Source: a virus
Virus record (IMG/VR): IMGVR_UViG_3300034096_001198
Location: 1 to 60,562 of that record
Strand: one strand, 5' to 3'
DNA length: 60,562 nucleotides
Shown here: in pieces, positions 9,489 to 19,487 of the stretch
How the letters are laid out: each line of letters begins with the position of its first letter
Position numbering within the stretch: position 1 is the first letter of the stretch
Notes under the pieces: model-generated
Databases searched by the model: none
Seen by the model: the letters and a program-made list of their open reading frames with translations, nothing else
What the model was told of the DNA's origin: nothing
Position numbers and translations under genes: made by a program

Positions 9489-11381
9489 CTACATATCAGG
9501 TAAAAAGTTTACACTTCTGAAACCATTAATTTCCTTGATTAGTTTTTGACCTAAACCAAAATTTTGCAATTCATCAAATATTAACTCAGTATTTTCAGCA
9601 TTCAAACCGAATTGAGTTCTGAGTGATGACTTGCGGTAACAGTCACGGGCGGGTATAGGTTCACCCTTAAATATTTCTTTGATAAAATTAAACACCGCTT
9701 GAGCTGATGGTGAAAGTGTTTTATCCGGCAATACTTTATTGGCTGTACCATTCCACGAAGGTTTATATTTGGCTTGTAATTCAGATTCAAGGCTTAAACG
9801 CTTTTGCTCGTCCCAACCTTTTGTAATATAAAAAGCAACCTTCACAGATAGATTACCAACAGATTCAAGATGTTTCTTGACGTGATGTTCCCAATCACCT
9901 CGATTATTCCAACGCCTCCAAAGGTCTTTAGATTGACCTATATAGAGGGGATTTTGATAGCCGTCAACAAATACACAGTATACCCCTGCTTCGTGTTGTG
10001 GTAGCCACTGTAAACCACTGGGATAATCAATAGATTGCCATGTGTTGCAATCTAATGGGTTTATTGATTGCAGTACACTAGGAACATCTTTTTCAATCTT
10101 AGGGAGTGAAACCGTCTTAACGTCTATGGGTTTGTTTAAAAAATTAGGATTCAATAAACCTTCGGGGGCATTGCCTTTTTTCCTATACTCAACATGATGT
10201 TTGTGGGTTGGATGTTCGGCGATTTGATGTTGATTTGATCCACAAACAACAACAGGATAGGGAGCATTTTGGATATATTGAAATTCATGGGTGTCGTGCT
10301 TCCATAGATTTTGAATTTCATTCCTAGCACTAGCGCCACAGAGGATTAAAAGGAAATTATTTCTAAACTTACCATCAATCCCTATGGCTTCAGTATTATG
10401 AGATTGCATAAAACCGATTAAACAAATATCAAATTTCCTGGCGTTAGAAAGTTTCCGAATCGCATAAGTAAAGGTCTTAACTCTTTTTTCTTTGCTTTGT
10501 AATGGTTTGATAATATCTAATTGTGCTAACTCGGACATCGTGTCGTTAATCTCATCTAAACAAATTATTATAGAATGCCCGTCTTTTTCTTTCCGGTTTT
10601 CAACTTCTTCAATCAACCAGCACAAAATCTGATAAATTGTTTCAACATCTGATTCAATTCTGGGAAATCCCATCTGTTCCCAAATGGGATTCTTAGAAGC
10701 ATGAATATCCAAAACAATCACTTCGGCGGGTCTATGTTGAGTCAATTTACCAATCACGAAACCAGCGCCTAGAGATGTTTTTGCGCTCCCAGAATTTCCC
10801 CCGATCAATATTCCCGAAGATTCATCTGCTAATTTATCCCAATTATAAAAGTTTAAGGTATTATCAGAGGGAATTTCACAGGGGACGAACGACAATCCAT
10901 CAGAAGGAATATTATAATTATCTTGATTATATTCTGTAGAAATCTCTCGGTCTAAAACCATTAATTGATTCCGGCGAAGATTCCTTTCATTATCTTCTGG
11001 TTGGTTTTGTGGCGATGGTGGTGATGGTGGCAATATTTGATTATGGTTTTTGATTGGCGCGATCGCCTGTTGGCTTTCGTCTAAATATTTAATATCCCTA
11101 AACTTTTCTAACTCATATTCCATCCCCAACCGCCGCAGGAATATAGCCTCGGTTTGTTCCTCTAATTTGGCTTGCAACTTAGATGATTTTTCTGCCTGAC
11201 ACCCCATCACCCAACCCGCAACAGATAACACCGCACCAGCAGATGTTCCAACTATCCCTAATTGTGGGTTTTTGTTGATTGCCAAAGGTGAGAGAATTGC
11301 CAGACTACAGCCAGCAATGGTTAGACCTATTGACCATGTTGACAGGTGAGGATTTTTTAAATGTTCAGGGGTGTTATTCAT
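9489..11381 (-). CDS. P-loop (HerA/FtsK/TraD-like) ATPase fused to C-terminal GIY-YIG nuclease domain
   Basis: Two N-terminal TM segments; Walker A GGNSGSAKTS, Walker B SIIICLDEIND; GIY-YIG GVYCVFVDGYQNPLYIGQSKDLWRRW...LESELQAKYKPSWN. Confidence 0.75.
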   Translation of the reverse strand: MNNTPEHLKNPHLSTWSIGLTIAGCSLAILSPLAINKNPQLGIVGTSAGAVLSVAGWVMGCQAEKSSKLQAKLEEQTEAIFLRRLGMEYELEKFRDIKYLDESQQAIAPIKNHNQILPPSPPSPQNQPEDNERNLRRNQLMVLDREISTEYNQDNYNIPSDGLSFVPCEIPSDNTLNFYNWDKLADESSGILIGGNSGSAKTSLGAGFVIGKLTQHRPAEVIVLDIHASKNPIWEQMGFPRIESDVETIYQILCWLIEEVENRKEKDGHSIIICLDEINDTMSELAQLDIIKPLQSKEKRVKTFTYAIRKLSNARKFDICLIGFMQSHNTEAIGIDGKFRNNFLLILCGASARNEIQNLWKHDTHEFQYIQNAPYPVVVCGSNQHQIAEHPTHKHHVEYRKKGNAPEGLLNPNFLNKPIDVKTVSLPKIEKDVPSVLQSINPLDCNTWQSIDYPSGLQWLPQHEAGVYCVFVDGYQNPLYIGQSKDLWRRWNNRGDWEHHVKKHLESVGNLSVKVAFYITKGWDEQKRLSLESELQAKYKPSWNGTANKVLPDKTLSPSAQAVFNFIKEIFKGEPIPARDCYRKSSLRTQFGLNAENTELIFDELQNFGLGQKLIKEINGFRSVNFLPDM

Positions 11382-11724
11382 TGTTTCCTTGAGGTAGAGA
11401 GAAAAATATCCAACATGAAACCGTTATTGTTAATAATAAAATCCACAATAATAATCTTAAGACTATCCAAGATTGTCCTATTCCTAAAGCGTAAAATATG
11501 CCAATCAATAAAGATATTGCACCGAATATCAACTCATCAGAATCGGTTGATTGTTGATTCTCTGATAACAAATAAACTGCCACGCCGCCAACAATTGAAC
11601 CCAGATAAAGACAAATTGATAACACTCTAACCTCTGGATAAGTTAGTGCGAAATGGGACAGTAAAAAGGAACAAGATAAACCTGTTCCAAAGATTGAAAA
11701 CTTTTTGACTTTCCATAGTTTCAT
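11374..11724 (-). CDS. Multi-pass membrane protein
   Basis: Four hydrophobic segments; overlaps the ATPase start. Confidence 0.55.
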   Translation of the reverse strand: MKLWKVKKFSIFGTGLSCSFLLSHFALTYPEVRVLSICLYLGSIVGGVAVYLLSENQQSTDSDELIFGAISLLIGIFYALGIGQSWIVLRLLLWILLLTITVSCWIFFSLPQGNNE

Positions 11725-11759
11725 GTTCTGATTGGGGGATGTTTCACCCCCAAATAAAT

Positions 11760-12323
11760 TTACAGTTTCATTGAGTTTTCAATTTTGTCCAACTGCTTCA
11801 TCATCGCAACAGCCCCCGCATTTTCGTTAGCATAGTTACCAACAGCTTGCATTAAATATACAGCTTGAGTGTCAAGTTGTTTCTGAGTATTCAACTTTTC
11901 AGTAAAGCGTTTTAGAGAACCTTCAGCCACACCTTTAACATATTGTTGGTCAGCTTCGTACCATTCAGTCCGTGCTTTATCAACCTTCAATTGAGCTTCA
12001 ACAATTATCTTTTTATTGGATGCTGCTTTAATCGCATTCTCGGCGATAATCTTAGCTCCCTTAGCCTCATTCTCGGAGGGGTTGACTCGGTCGGGAATGT
12101 TGAATTGTTGGTCAAAATCATCGGTTCCTGCATAGCTGCGTTCACGGGTATAGGGGGTGATATCACCTTTTCCGGTAGGGGTCATCACTTTAGAGAAATT
12201 AGCACCCGTGCCAGCTTCTTTGATAATGTTTCCGGTTGAAAATCGACTGCGTAACCCGTCTAGTTTAGTTGCCATTGATTTTACTCCACTCATTAAGTAA
12301 TTGTTTTTTACAACCTTCACCAC
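11760..12323 (-). CDS. Hypothetical helical protein
   Basis: Charged/helical ORF; probable internal start MATKLDG. Confidence 0.5.
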   Translation of the reverse strand: MVKVVKNNYLMSGVKSMATKLDGLRSRFSTGNIIKEAGTGANFSKVMTPTGKGDITPYTRERSYAGTDDFDQQFNIPDRVNPSENEAKGAKIIAENAIKAASNKKIIVEAQLKVDKARTEWYEADQQYVKGVAEGSLKRFTEKLNTQKQLDTQAVYLMQAVGNYANENAGAVAMMKQLDKIENSMKL

Positions 12324-12531
12324 CTTTAGCTTTTAGGCATTTTTCATACCCTGAAAGATTGGCTACAGCTACAAACTTCTGAAATTCCTCTGTTGGTTTA
12401 TTTGTTAATCTGACAACTTCAGAAGTTATCAAGCCAACTAACAATAAACTCAACAGAGCCATTGACCAATTGAAAACGTGAAACCCTGTTATCTGGGGGG
12501 AGGTCTGGGTTTCAGATTGTTGTAAATACAT
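12265..12531 (-). CDS. Small single-pass membrane protein
   Basis: One TM segment (MALLSLLLVGLITSEVV). Confidence 0.5.
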   Translation of the reverse strand: MYLQQSETQTSPQITGFHVFNWSMALLSLLLVGLITSEVVRLTNKPTEEFQKFVAVANLSGYEKCLKAKGGEGCKKQLLNEWSKINGN

Positions 12532-13080
12532 TTAGTTTGTCTCCAATTTCTGACTGTTTGCATCTAAATACCCCGCTATCGCACCACCAATAAACCCTGC
12601 CAGATGACCTTCCCAACTAATCCCTTGCGCAACCGATGGCAGCATTCCGCCGATTAAACCTTGAAATATTACCCAAGTGATTGTTGCACATACCAAATTA
12701 GGGAAATCCAACCGGAATATAGCTGACAAAAGGCAAAATCCAAAAAATCCATATATCACCCCGCTTGCTCCTATATGATTTGAACCAGGTTGACCAAAGA
12801 ACCAAACACCAAAGCCTTCAATTATTGAAATCAGCCAAAAGTTGTAATTAAATTTTCCAGGGGCTTTGAAAATTGTCAAAGTTGCCAATGGCAAATATCC
12901 GACTGTGTTCCCTATCAAGTGTTGGGGATCTCCGTGTAGGAATGGCGAGGTTATAATTCCCAACATTCCTATACCTTCCACTCCTGGTCTGATTCCAAAA
13001 TAATCAAATCCGGGGAAAAACATCTCTAAAGCCCACATTATTCCCAGATAGGTAGCTGCACACTTAAAATCTTTCAACAT
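12532..13080 (-). CDS. Rhomboid-family intramembrane serine protease
   Basis: Catalytic NHIGASG and EGHLAGFIGG motifs, multiple TM segments, HGDPQHLIGNTVGYLPL. Confidence 0.85.
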   Translation of the reverse strand: MLKDFKCAATYLGIMWALEMFFPGFDYFGIRPGVEGIGMLGIITSPFLHGDPQHLIGNTVGYLPLATLTIFKAPGKFNYNFWLISIIEGFGVWFFGQPGSNHIGASGVIYGFFGFCLLSAIFRLDFPNLVCATITWVIFQGLIGGMLPSVAQGISWEGHLAGFIGGAIAGYLDANSQKLETN

Positions 13081-13599
13081 GGATTTACCAGTCTAAAATT
13101 ATCGAACCCGGTGTTTGATTTTGTGGTGATTGTGTTTGGCGTTGGTTTGGTAAACTTAGTTTTCCAGAATAGAGGAAAAAAGCCAAGGCAACTAACGCAA
13201 TACCACCCCAAATTAAATTCTGTTTGTTTTTTTCCATATTTTCCTTTGTTGTTTATCTGTTCGTTTTGAATTGTTCATAATATCGGTTACAAACAATGTT
13301 GTTATGGATTGCAACTAACGGGGGAATTGTTAGGTAAATAAAAATTCCAAAAATCATCCATTGGATAATAAATCTATGGTTTATCGTTATCACAAATCCC
13401 CCTCTATATAAGCTCGACAAAAGGCTCCGGTATTGTCTGGGGTGCGATTATCGGTAATATCTGCACCCCCTCTCTTTAGGCAAATAAAATAAGTTAAGAA
13501 CCAAACTACTATCCAAAACATCATTTCTTTGCGTGTGTAAAAATTCCACATTGGTTTCTGTGATGTTTCAATTCTTGTTTAAATCAATAATAAAAACCA

Positions 13600-13851
13600 T
13601 CAGTTTCGATTATTGATAATCACAGGTGGGGATGGTTGACTAGGACGTTCAACATACCTTGCACCCCCCATAACAATCGGAGATATAAAAATCAAAAATA
13701 TAAATCCTAGTGGTATCCACAAGATATCTGAAGACCAACCCCCAGATTTAATGTTTTGATTGGGTTGTTGTTGGCAATTATTAAAAGGTTGTTGCTGGTA
13801 GTTTTGACCAGGAGCTTCATAATAGTTGACTTCGATTTTTGGCTTACTCAT
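13600..13851 (-). CDS. Small membrane protein with QQP-rich N-terminus
   Basis: ORF with one TM segment. Confidence 0.45.
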   Translation of the reverse strand: MSKPKIEVNYYEAPGQNYQQQPFNNCQQQPNQNIKSGGWSSDILWIPLGFIFLIFISPIVMGGARYVERPSQPSPPVIINNRN

Positions 13852-13878
13852 GATTTTCTCCTTTTAATTATTAAAAAA

Positions 13879-14283
13879 TTAATCGTTTCTGATGTTGTAA
13901 ACAGTCGGTGCATTTCCTTGAGGAACAGAATAAGCACCTGAAGGCATTGCAGTAGGATTTATTTGTGGTCTTGCTAAAAAGTTTTGCAAAACTAAGCCTC
14001 CAACAATTCCTAAAACTAACCACTGCCAACCTTTTAATTTGTCAAAGATATTGTCTTTCATTGTTTCATCCTCTCCTAATAGTTCGTTGATTAATGCTAA
14101 TTTTTCATAATCTTTATCAGAACAAACTTTCTGAGATAAGATTCTTTTTTTCATCTGTTTAAGCTCAGAAGAACTTAAAGATTGTGTTTTGACTCCCGAT
14201 GTTGAATCTGTAACCTGGTAATCCTGAATCACCGTATCCGCGTTCTGCAATCTCTGGATTCTGTTGATACTGATGTGGTTCAT
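13879..14283 (-). CDS. Small membrane-anchored protein
   Basis: ORF with one TM segment (WQWLVLGIVGGLVLQNFL). Confidence 0.45.
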   Translation of the reverse strand: MNHISINRIQRLQNADTVIQDYQVTDSTSGVKTQSLSSSELKQMKKRILSQKVCSDKDYEKLALINELLGEDETMKDNIFDKLKGWQWLVLGIVGGLVLQNFLARPQINPTAMPSGAYSVPQGNAPTVYNIRND

Positions 14284-14554
14284 ATTCTTGAGTTTCTTGA
14301 GGTAATGTGTACTCGTATTCTTGGGTTACAGTTCTGCGGTTTCGGCATGGACTTTGTGGCATGGTTTCTGTTTGCAAATAAGCATCTTGGTAGGTATACC
14401 CTTGGGGTAATTCAGATGCCATAGCTTGACCTGTCACGGATGTGACCAAGCACAAGACAAGGCTTGTGCCAAGTTGTGCCATGTTTTTTACCGGAATCAC
14501 CGTACCACATGACAGGTTGTCGTGAACCAACGGGAGAAGAATTGTATCCATCAT
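14165..14554 (-). CDS. Secreted small protein
   Basis: Internal start MAQLGTSLVLCLVTSVTGQAMASE looks like a signal peptide; overlaps its neighbour. Confidence 0.4.
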   Translation of the reverse strand: MMDTILLPLVHDNLSCGTVIPVKNMAQLGTSLVLCLVTSVTGQAMASELPQGYTYQDAYLQTETMPQSPCRNRRTVTQEYEYTLPQETQEYEPHQYQQNPEIAERGYGDSGLPGYRFNIGSQNTIFKFF

Positions 14555-14745
14555 TTTGAGTCCTTTTCAATGAGATTAATAAACTGGTTTCTTGCAGAGA
14601 GTAGACTGCAAATCCCGTTAGCATTTGCTTGAATCATCCAGAGGGCTAACCCGCCACCAATACCTGTTCCAATTATCAAGAGTATGATTGTATTTATCAT
14701 TGATTTCTTGATGTTGTTTGCTGTTTTTACGATAGATGACACCAT
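14551..14745 (-). CDS. Small membrane protein
   Basis: One TM segment. Confidence 0.4.
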   Translation of the reverse strand: MVSSIVKTANNIKKSMINTIILLIIGTGIGGGLALWMIQANANGICSLLSARNQFINLIEKDSK

Positions 14746-14824
14746 GATTAAACCCTGATTATTGAACTAACAAATCCCTCCGTGCATAAGAAAAACTACT
14801 TCGGGATATTGTTTTTTAATTGGT

Positions 14825-15370
14825 TTATTTGCCCTCCGGCAATGCAAAGTAACCGAGTACGTTTTCACTTCCGGTAAGTTGAAATCGATCTGCTCTTTCG
14901 ACCTCTCGAATCTCGGCATCAATAATCATTCCCACCTGATTGAAACAGGTTGTTACTTTTGCAAATTCAAAGCCTTGGGCAAAATGTTCTAAGACTTTAT
15001 CCTGTAGTTTTTCCGCAGCCAGTTCAACAACCTTGGGGGCTATTTGTTCGGCTAGATTGTCAGCCATTTTGTCGATTGTTTCAGCCATTGATCCAGCCGC
15101 GTGTTCGGCTTTTCCGCCCGTTTTCTTTTGCTGTGATTGCAGGTCTTTAACGTACTTTTCAACAGCTTGGGAGACAGATAACGAGTGAGTTTGTTGTATC
15201 GCGATGATTGAGGAAAGAATCGCTACCATCCCATTTTGAGGAACATTTGTTGCGTCAAAATGGAAATTTTCTACCAGAGAGGAAATGATTAATCTAGCTC
15301 TTTCTGGTTTGACTTTAACCGCAGAGGCGATCGCGTCAAGGTCGTAGTTTTGTTGAGTTTGTGCTGTCAT
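14825..15370 (-). CDS. Hypothetical protein
   Basis: 181-aa ORF in the same operon. Confidence 0.6.
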   Translation of the reverse strand: MTAQTQQNYDLDAIASAVKVKPERARLIISSLVENFHFDATNVPQNGMVAILSSIIAIQQTHSLSVSQAVEKYVKDLQSQQKKTGGKAEHAAGSMAETIDKMADNLAEQIAPKVVELAAEKLQDKVLEHFAQGFEFAKVTTCFNQVGMIIDAEIREVERADRFQLTGSENVLGYFALPEGK

Positions 15371-15624
15371 AGTCCTCTTAATTTAATGTCGTTTAAAATC
15401 CGTTCACGGGTTCGAGTTCTTGCCCTGTTTTTGTACTCGATTAACTTGCTTGCAGCATCAGCCGAAATCATGCCGTCATTGGGTTGAAAATCAAATTCCT
15501 CTGGGCTTAAAACGCCTCGGAGGTCTTGACATAGGGTTCGGAGATAATTAACCGAAACTCCTAAACTCTCGGCTACCTGCTCACGGGTAAAATGGGTAAT
15601 TTCCTCAATACTTGCGCTCCGCAT
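15367..15624 (-). CDS. HTH/MerR-like small protein
   Basis: FTREQVAESLGVSVNYLRTLCQDL; start/stop overlap with its neighbour. Confidence 0.6.
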   Translation of the reverse strand: MRSASIEEITHFTREQVAESLGVSVNYLRTLCQDLRGVLSPEEFDFQPNDGMISADAASKLIEYKNRARTRTRERILNDIKLRGL

Positions 15625-15747
15625 AAATGATTACAAATCGTTTGGTTTCTGTTTGTTAAGCGAAATGAAACGCTTGACTAACAACAACAATAAACCCCCT
15701 ACAGAGAGGGGGTCAATGTCATTTCGTCACTGGATGTCATTCTGTCA

Positions 15748-15963
15748 CTAATTACTCATTGTTTGAGCTAACAAAGATAGGTGACGACGGAAAACAACGT
15801 ATTTAGGAGCGTTGTTATTGGAGTTGTTTTGATGTCTAAAAACCGTTCTCCGGTCGGCTCCTGTCTGAATGCAAATCCAATCAATAGATTTATTGTATTT
15901 GCTTACAAATTCCTGAACCGATAGTTCGGTTGATGTTTGATATACCATTGTAATAGCCTCCAA
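15748..15963 (-). CDS. Small HTH protein
   Basis: VQEFVSKYNKSIDWICIQTGADRRTVFRHQ. Confidence 0.5.
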   Translation of the reverse strand: MEAITMVYQTSTELSVQEFVSKYNKSIDWICIQTGADRRTVFRHQNNSNNNAPKYVVFRRHLSLLAQTMSN

Positions 15964-16029
15964 GTTGTGCTTAGTCGTGAACTTGTGGGTGGGATTGATC
16001 GGCTGTTATCCGATCAATCCCCTTTAAGT

Positions 16030-16299
16030 TTAAATTCGTGAATTTCGCCACGCTTCTATGCTTTCCCAACCGATAGGGATCAATGGGATTAAGTTGCTTG
16101 GTTTATAGCATTTCTCATGAATCCGTCCAGCCTCTATACTGAATGACCTGGTACTCGGCGGGATCTCTTTTCCACACTCTACACAAACAACAGACTCGGG
16201 TTTGTAAGCAGTGGGATTCATTAGGTCTTTAAGCTCCTCTGGAGATGGGGTATATTCGTCGATATCCCATTCATCATCGCTATAGTTATCCATGTTCAT
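16030..16299 (-). CDS. Small zinc-binding protein
   Basis: C-terminal part of the 197-aa ORF; CVECGKEIPPSTRSF...HEKC; likely start MNMDNYSD. Confidence 0.5.
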   Translation of the reverse strand: MNMDNYSDDEWDIDEYTPSPEELKDLMNPTAYKPESVVCVECGKEIPPSTRSFSIEAGRIHEKCYKPSNLIPLIPIGWESIEAWRNSRI

Positions 16300-16411
16300 T
16301 TGACTTGTTTTAAGGTGGGGTTGGGATTGAGGTGAGAGGGGTTGGAGCCTTCTCGCCTCTTTTAGCGTGATTAAAATATTGTACACTGAACAGTAACAAT
16401 AATGGAACAAT

Positions 16412-16642
16412 ATGGCAAGCGACAAGAAAAACAGAATTAACTCAACGCTCCCGGAATTCCATCGGAAATGGTTAAAGGTATGGGCTTTCCTGAAGTGCAC
16501 CACGCCGACCGCATTGGCTGGCAATATTCTCCAGGCTAGGATCGAAGCTAACCTAGACTTGATTAGTCGGATGTTAGCAGAAAGGTCTGAAGATTTGGGG
16601 ATATCTTCAGACGAGTTAATCAATCGGATTTTGGATGAATAG
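16412..16642 (+). CDS. Small putative RHH-like DNA-binding protein
   Basis: 76-aa helical ORF; overlaps only the N-terminal extension of the opposing ORF. Confidence 0.45.
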   Translation: MASDKKNRINSTLPEFHRKWLKVWAFLKCTTPTALAGNILQARIEANLDLISRMLAERSEDLGISSDELINRILDE

Positions 16643-16975
16643 CTAAAACAAACTTAATTGACCCTCACTAGCAACCGCTTTACGTTTTGGATTGTTCCAC
16701 GATTCCCCACGACTGTTGACACAGTTTCGCCAGTCGGGATAGGTTCTGAATGGTTGTTTCAGAGCCACAAATTTCGGAACGAGTTTCAATTCCTCAAGCC
16801 AGATTTTATAAGGGGAATATTCTCTGGCTCCGAATGGATACCGCGCATTGACATATTCCCGTGCGTCTTGTGGGTTAATTTCTTGACCGAGGCAAGCGCA
16901 TTGTGCTTCATATTCAAGGAGGGAGTTTGCAATCTTTGATATTGAACAATCGCGCCAAGACATTGATTTTTTCAT
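16643..16975 (-). CDS. Hypothetical protein
   Basis: 110-aa ORF. Confidence 0.5.
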   Translation of the reverse strand: MKKSMSWRDCSISKIANSLLEYEAQCACLGQEINPQDAREYVNARYPFGAREYSPYKIWLEELKLVPKFVALKQPFRTYPDWRNCVNSRGESWNNPKRKAVASEGQLSLF

Positions 16976-17268
16976 TACTTAACAAGTGTGGGACTAAAAT
17001 CAACCTCACAATCCAAGTCCCAAAATAGATTGGCAGAGGTTCTATATAGGCAAAAAACACGGTCACTCTCAAGATCAATTAAGTAACATTCTTGCCTTTT
17101 GTCTTCCTGGTTCCAATGTTCGCCCGTTGATTGGCAGTCATTGGGGTCAATTAATTGACTTTCTAATTTGCGACGATCCTCTATTCTTAACATCCGAGAA
17201 TCAAACCCTCGTTTTTCAACAGATGACAGCCAATTGTATAATCGTCGAGACCCAGTAACTTTAATCAT
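16975..17268 (-). CDS. Hypothetical protein
   Basis: 97-aa ORF. Confidence 0.45.
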   Translation of the reverse strand: MIKVTGSRRLYNWLSSVEKRGFDSRMLRIEDRRKLESQLIDPNDCQSTGEHWNQEDKRQECYLIDLESDRVFCLYRTSANLFWDLDCEVDFSPTLVK

Positions 17269-17429
17269 TTAATTACCCTCCGAACTAGGATAGTTAAGCC
17301 AATACCAAAACGTGATTAATTGATAGTTGGCTGGGTTTCTGTGGCGGATAATATTACGCCATAGTCTGAAGTTAGTCTTGTAGTCATGTGACCCGTCGCG
17401 CCATAAGTTAATTAGATTCATGCTGTCCT

Positions 17430-17690
17430 TTACTTTCTAGGGTTTAGCGATCGCCTATAAATTGCCATCGCTCTAATGTGGTTTGGATCATTGATATTTT
17501 CATGACACTGAATCCAATTTCTTATCAGCGTCAAATTGTACAAATATCCCGCCCGATTCCCGCCAGGGCGTTTGTAATAATGAATTTTGTCAATCCATTT
17601 TTTACGATAATGTTTGACGGAATCGGCACTCCTCAGTCCCAAGAGTTGGGCGGCTTCCGTCTTGGAGCCAAATTCGTAGGCTGCAATCAT
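17430..17690 (-). CDS. HTH DNA-binding protein
   Basis: GSKTEAAQLLGLRSADSVKHYRKKWIDKIHYYKR. Confidence 0.55.
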   Translation of the reverse strand: MIAAYEFGSKTEAAQLLGLRSADSVKHYRKKWIDKIHYYKRPGGNRAGYLYNLTLIRNWIQCHENINDPNHIRAMAIYRRSLNPRK

Positions 17691-18118
17691 AAACCTTGAA
17701 TCCTTAACTGAATAGGAACCTCGTTAATCTCCAACAATCCTTTTTTAGAAAGTTTTGCCAATTCAACCTGAACATCTTGCACGTCGAATTTAATTTCTTT
17801 TTCCTTCCCCAATGGAGTTACGCCAGAACAGTCAAGTATTGTGATTAGATTTTCTGGTGTAACTTCTAAATCTTTATTGCAGCCATAAAGAAGACGAAGC
17901 ATATAGAGAATGTAGACAGATTTGTTTATTCCCCCTGCTATTAAATCCGATTGCAAATTATAAACAGATTGGACTAATTTACCCTGTTCATTCATCACTG
18001 TCCCCATATTTTTCTCTGGGAATTGGACAATATTTTCTTCCGTCGCCTCTGCATTTCCTAGCGAATACTCTCCCACAAACATGGTTTTCCTCCTATTTAG
18101 TAAATGCAATCTTGGCAT
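17687..18118 (-). CDS. Hypothetical protein
   Basis: 143-aa ORF. Confidence 0.5.
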   Translation of the reverse strand: MPRLHLLNRRKTMFVGEYSLGNAEATEENIVQFPEKNMGTVMNEQGKLVQSVYNLQSDLIAGGINKSVYILYMLRLLYGCNKDLEVTPENLITILDCSGVTPLGKEKEIKFDVQDVQVELAKLSKKGLLEINEVPIQLRIQGL

Positions 18119-18383
18119 CCCAGAGGGTTTGAAGCCACTGGTTTTGAGTTGGCATTAAGTGTTCGTTATTTTTGAATGGATAGGGGAATATTCTCCTTGC
18201 TATTTTAGACGCTAGGATCGCGTCTTTTTTAGAGTGAAAATACCCTGGGAAACATCGCCCCGATGCCAAGTGAGTGACACCCCAATAATCGTCATCAAGT
18301 CGGTTAACGGCTAACCATTTACGGACTGTTGCCTTTATTTTCCAGCGCCCATAAATAGTATGGGTTACAATCGTTTTTCTCAT
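18093..18383 (-). CDS. Hypothetical protein
   Basis: 96-aa ORF. Confidence 0.45.
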   Translation of the reverse strand: MRKTIVTHTIYGRWKIKATVRKWLAVNRLDDDYWGVTHLASGRCFPGYFHSKKDAILASKIARRIFPYPFKNNEHLMPTQNQWLQTLWDAKIAFTK

Positions 18384-18563
18384 GACTCAACCCTTGTTCT
18401 TGTGATAACTGAAACGGGAACTCCGTCCCAATCTTCCTGGATATAGTATCTACCAGTGCCAGATTTGTTCATTTCCTCGCACTTTTTCCGAGCTTGATTA
18501 AATCTCGGATAAGACGCGATAATAACGCCTTTTCCTAGTTCCCAAATCGCGTAGCCCTTCTGT

Positions 18564-18917
18564 TTACTCATTACCTTTCTGTATTCGTCTTAGTGTTAAT
18601 TTGGCATATTCAATGGCAAAAAATATGCCCCCCTCATACTGTTCTATGAGGTGTTCTGCAAACTCCTGATTTAGAGTTGGCAATTTGCAAAACAATTGTT
18701 GATAAATTTCCTCCGGTTGTGAGGTTTTTTTTGCTGACCGGAATGATGGGGCGACCCTACCGTAATCGGCAGGGAGTTCCCCGACTCGCTTCCACTGGAA
18801 AAGCGTGGCTCTCCCTATCCCAAGATTTCGAGATATCTCCGTCAGGCTTTTGCCCGACTTAATAGCTTCGTAAGCTATTTTCCTAATTTCTGGAGAATAA
18901 CGCTTCGTACTTGACAT
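18564..18917 (-). CDS. HTH protein (transposase-orfA or small-terminase-like)
   Basis: YSPEIRKIAYEAIKSGKSLTEISRNLGIGRATLFQWKR. Confidence 0.55.
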   Translation of the reverse strand: MSSTKRYSPEIRKIAYEAIKSGKSLTEISRNLGIGRATLFQWKRVGELPADYGRVAPSFRSAKKTSQPEEIYQQLFCKLPTLNQEFAEHLIEQYEGGIFFAIEYAKLTLRRIQKGNE

Positions 18918-19052
18918 CTGGTTTCTGGTTAATGGTTATTGGGTTAAAAAAAGGGTGTAACTAGAGGGCTTTCCACCCCAGGAGATTCTTACTTACAAAC
19001 ACAATTAAATGATCTTTGTCTGGACATCACCTCCTTTCTGTCTTAAATTTAT

Positions 19053-19487
19053 TCAACACTCTGAAATATAGGTATAAGCATCATTTTGAAACTGCTCATT
19101 TTCCCGCAAAGATTGATGGTACTCTCCCATCTTTTTCAATGCGTGACCAAAATGTTTTAATGTCCCTCCCTCAAGTTTTATTAAATAAGATCCATTGTTG
19201 TTGAAATAATTAGGAAATCTCGATGAAATTGGACTATACCAATACAAATACATTTCATCATCTCCAATGAGCAGACCGATGTCACCTTGAAACATTTTTT
19301 CATCTTCATCAGAAAAGTCTTCAACCTTTTCTAATGTTTCGGATTTGATCGTGTGACACAAAAACGTAACGTCCGATACTATACTTGTGTCAATCTCTAT
19401 GTCTAAAATGCCTGTTGTGGCTTCTAATGTCAGGTTGCTTCCCTGACTTAATAAATTTATTAAAACCTGTAATTGTGGTGTTAGCAT
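19053..19487 (-). CDS. Hypothetical protein
   Basis: 144-aa ORF. Confidence 0.5.
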   Translation of the reverse strand: MLTPQLQVLINLLSQGSNLTLEATTGILDIEIDTSIVSDVTFLCHTIKSETLEKVEDFSDEDEKMFQGDIGLLIGDDEMYLYWYSPISSRFPNYFNNNGSYLIKLEGGTLKHFGHALKKMGEYHQSLRENEQFQNDAYTYISEC

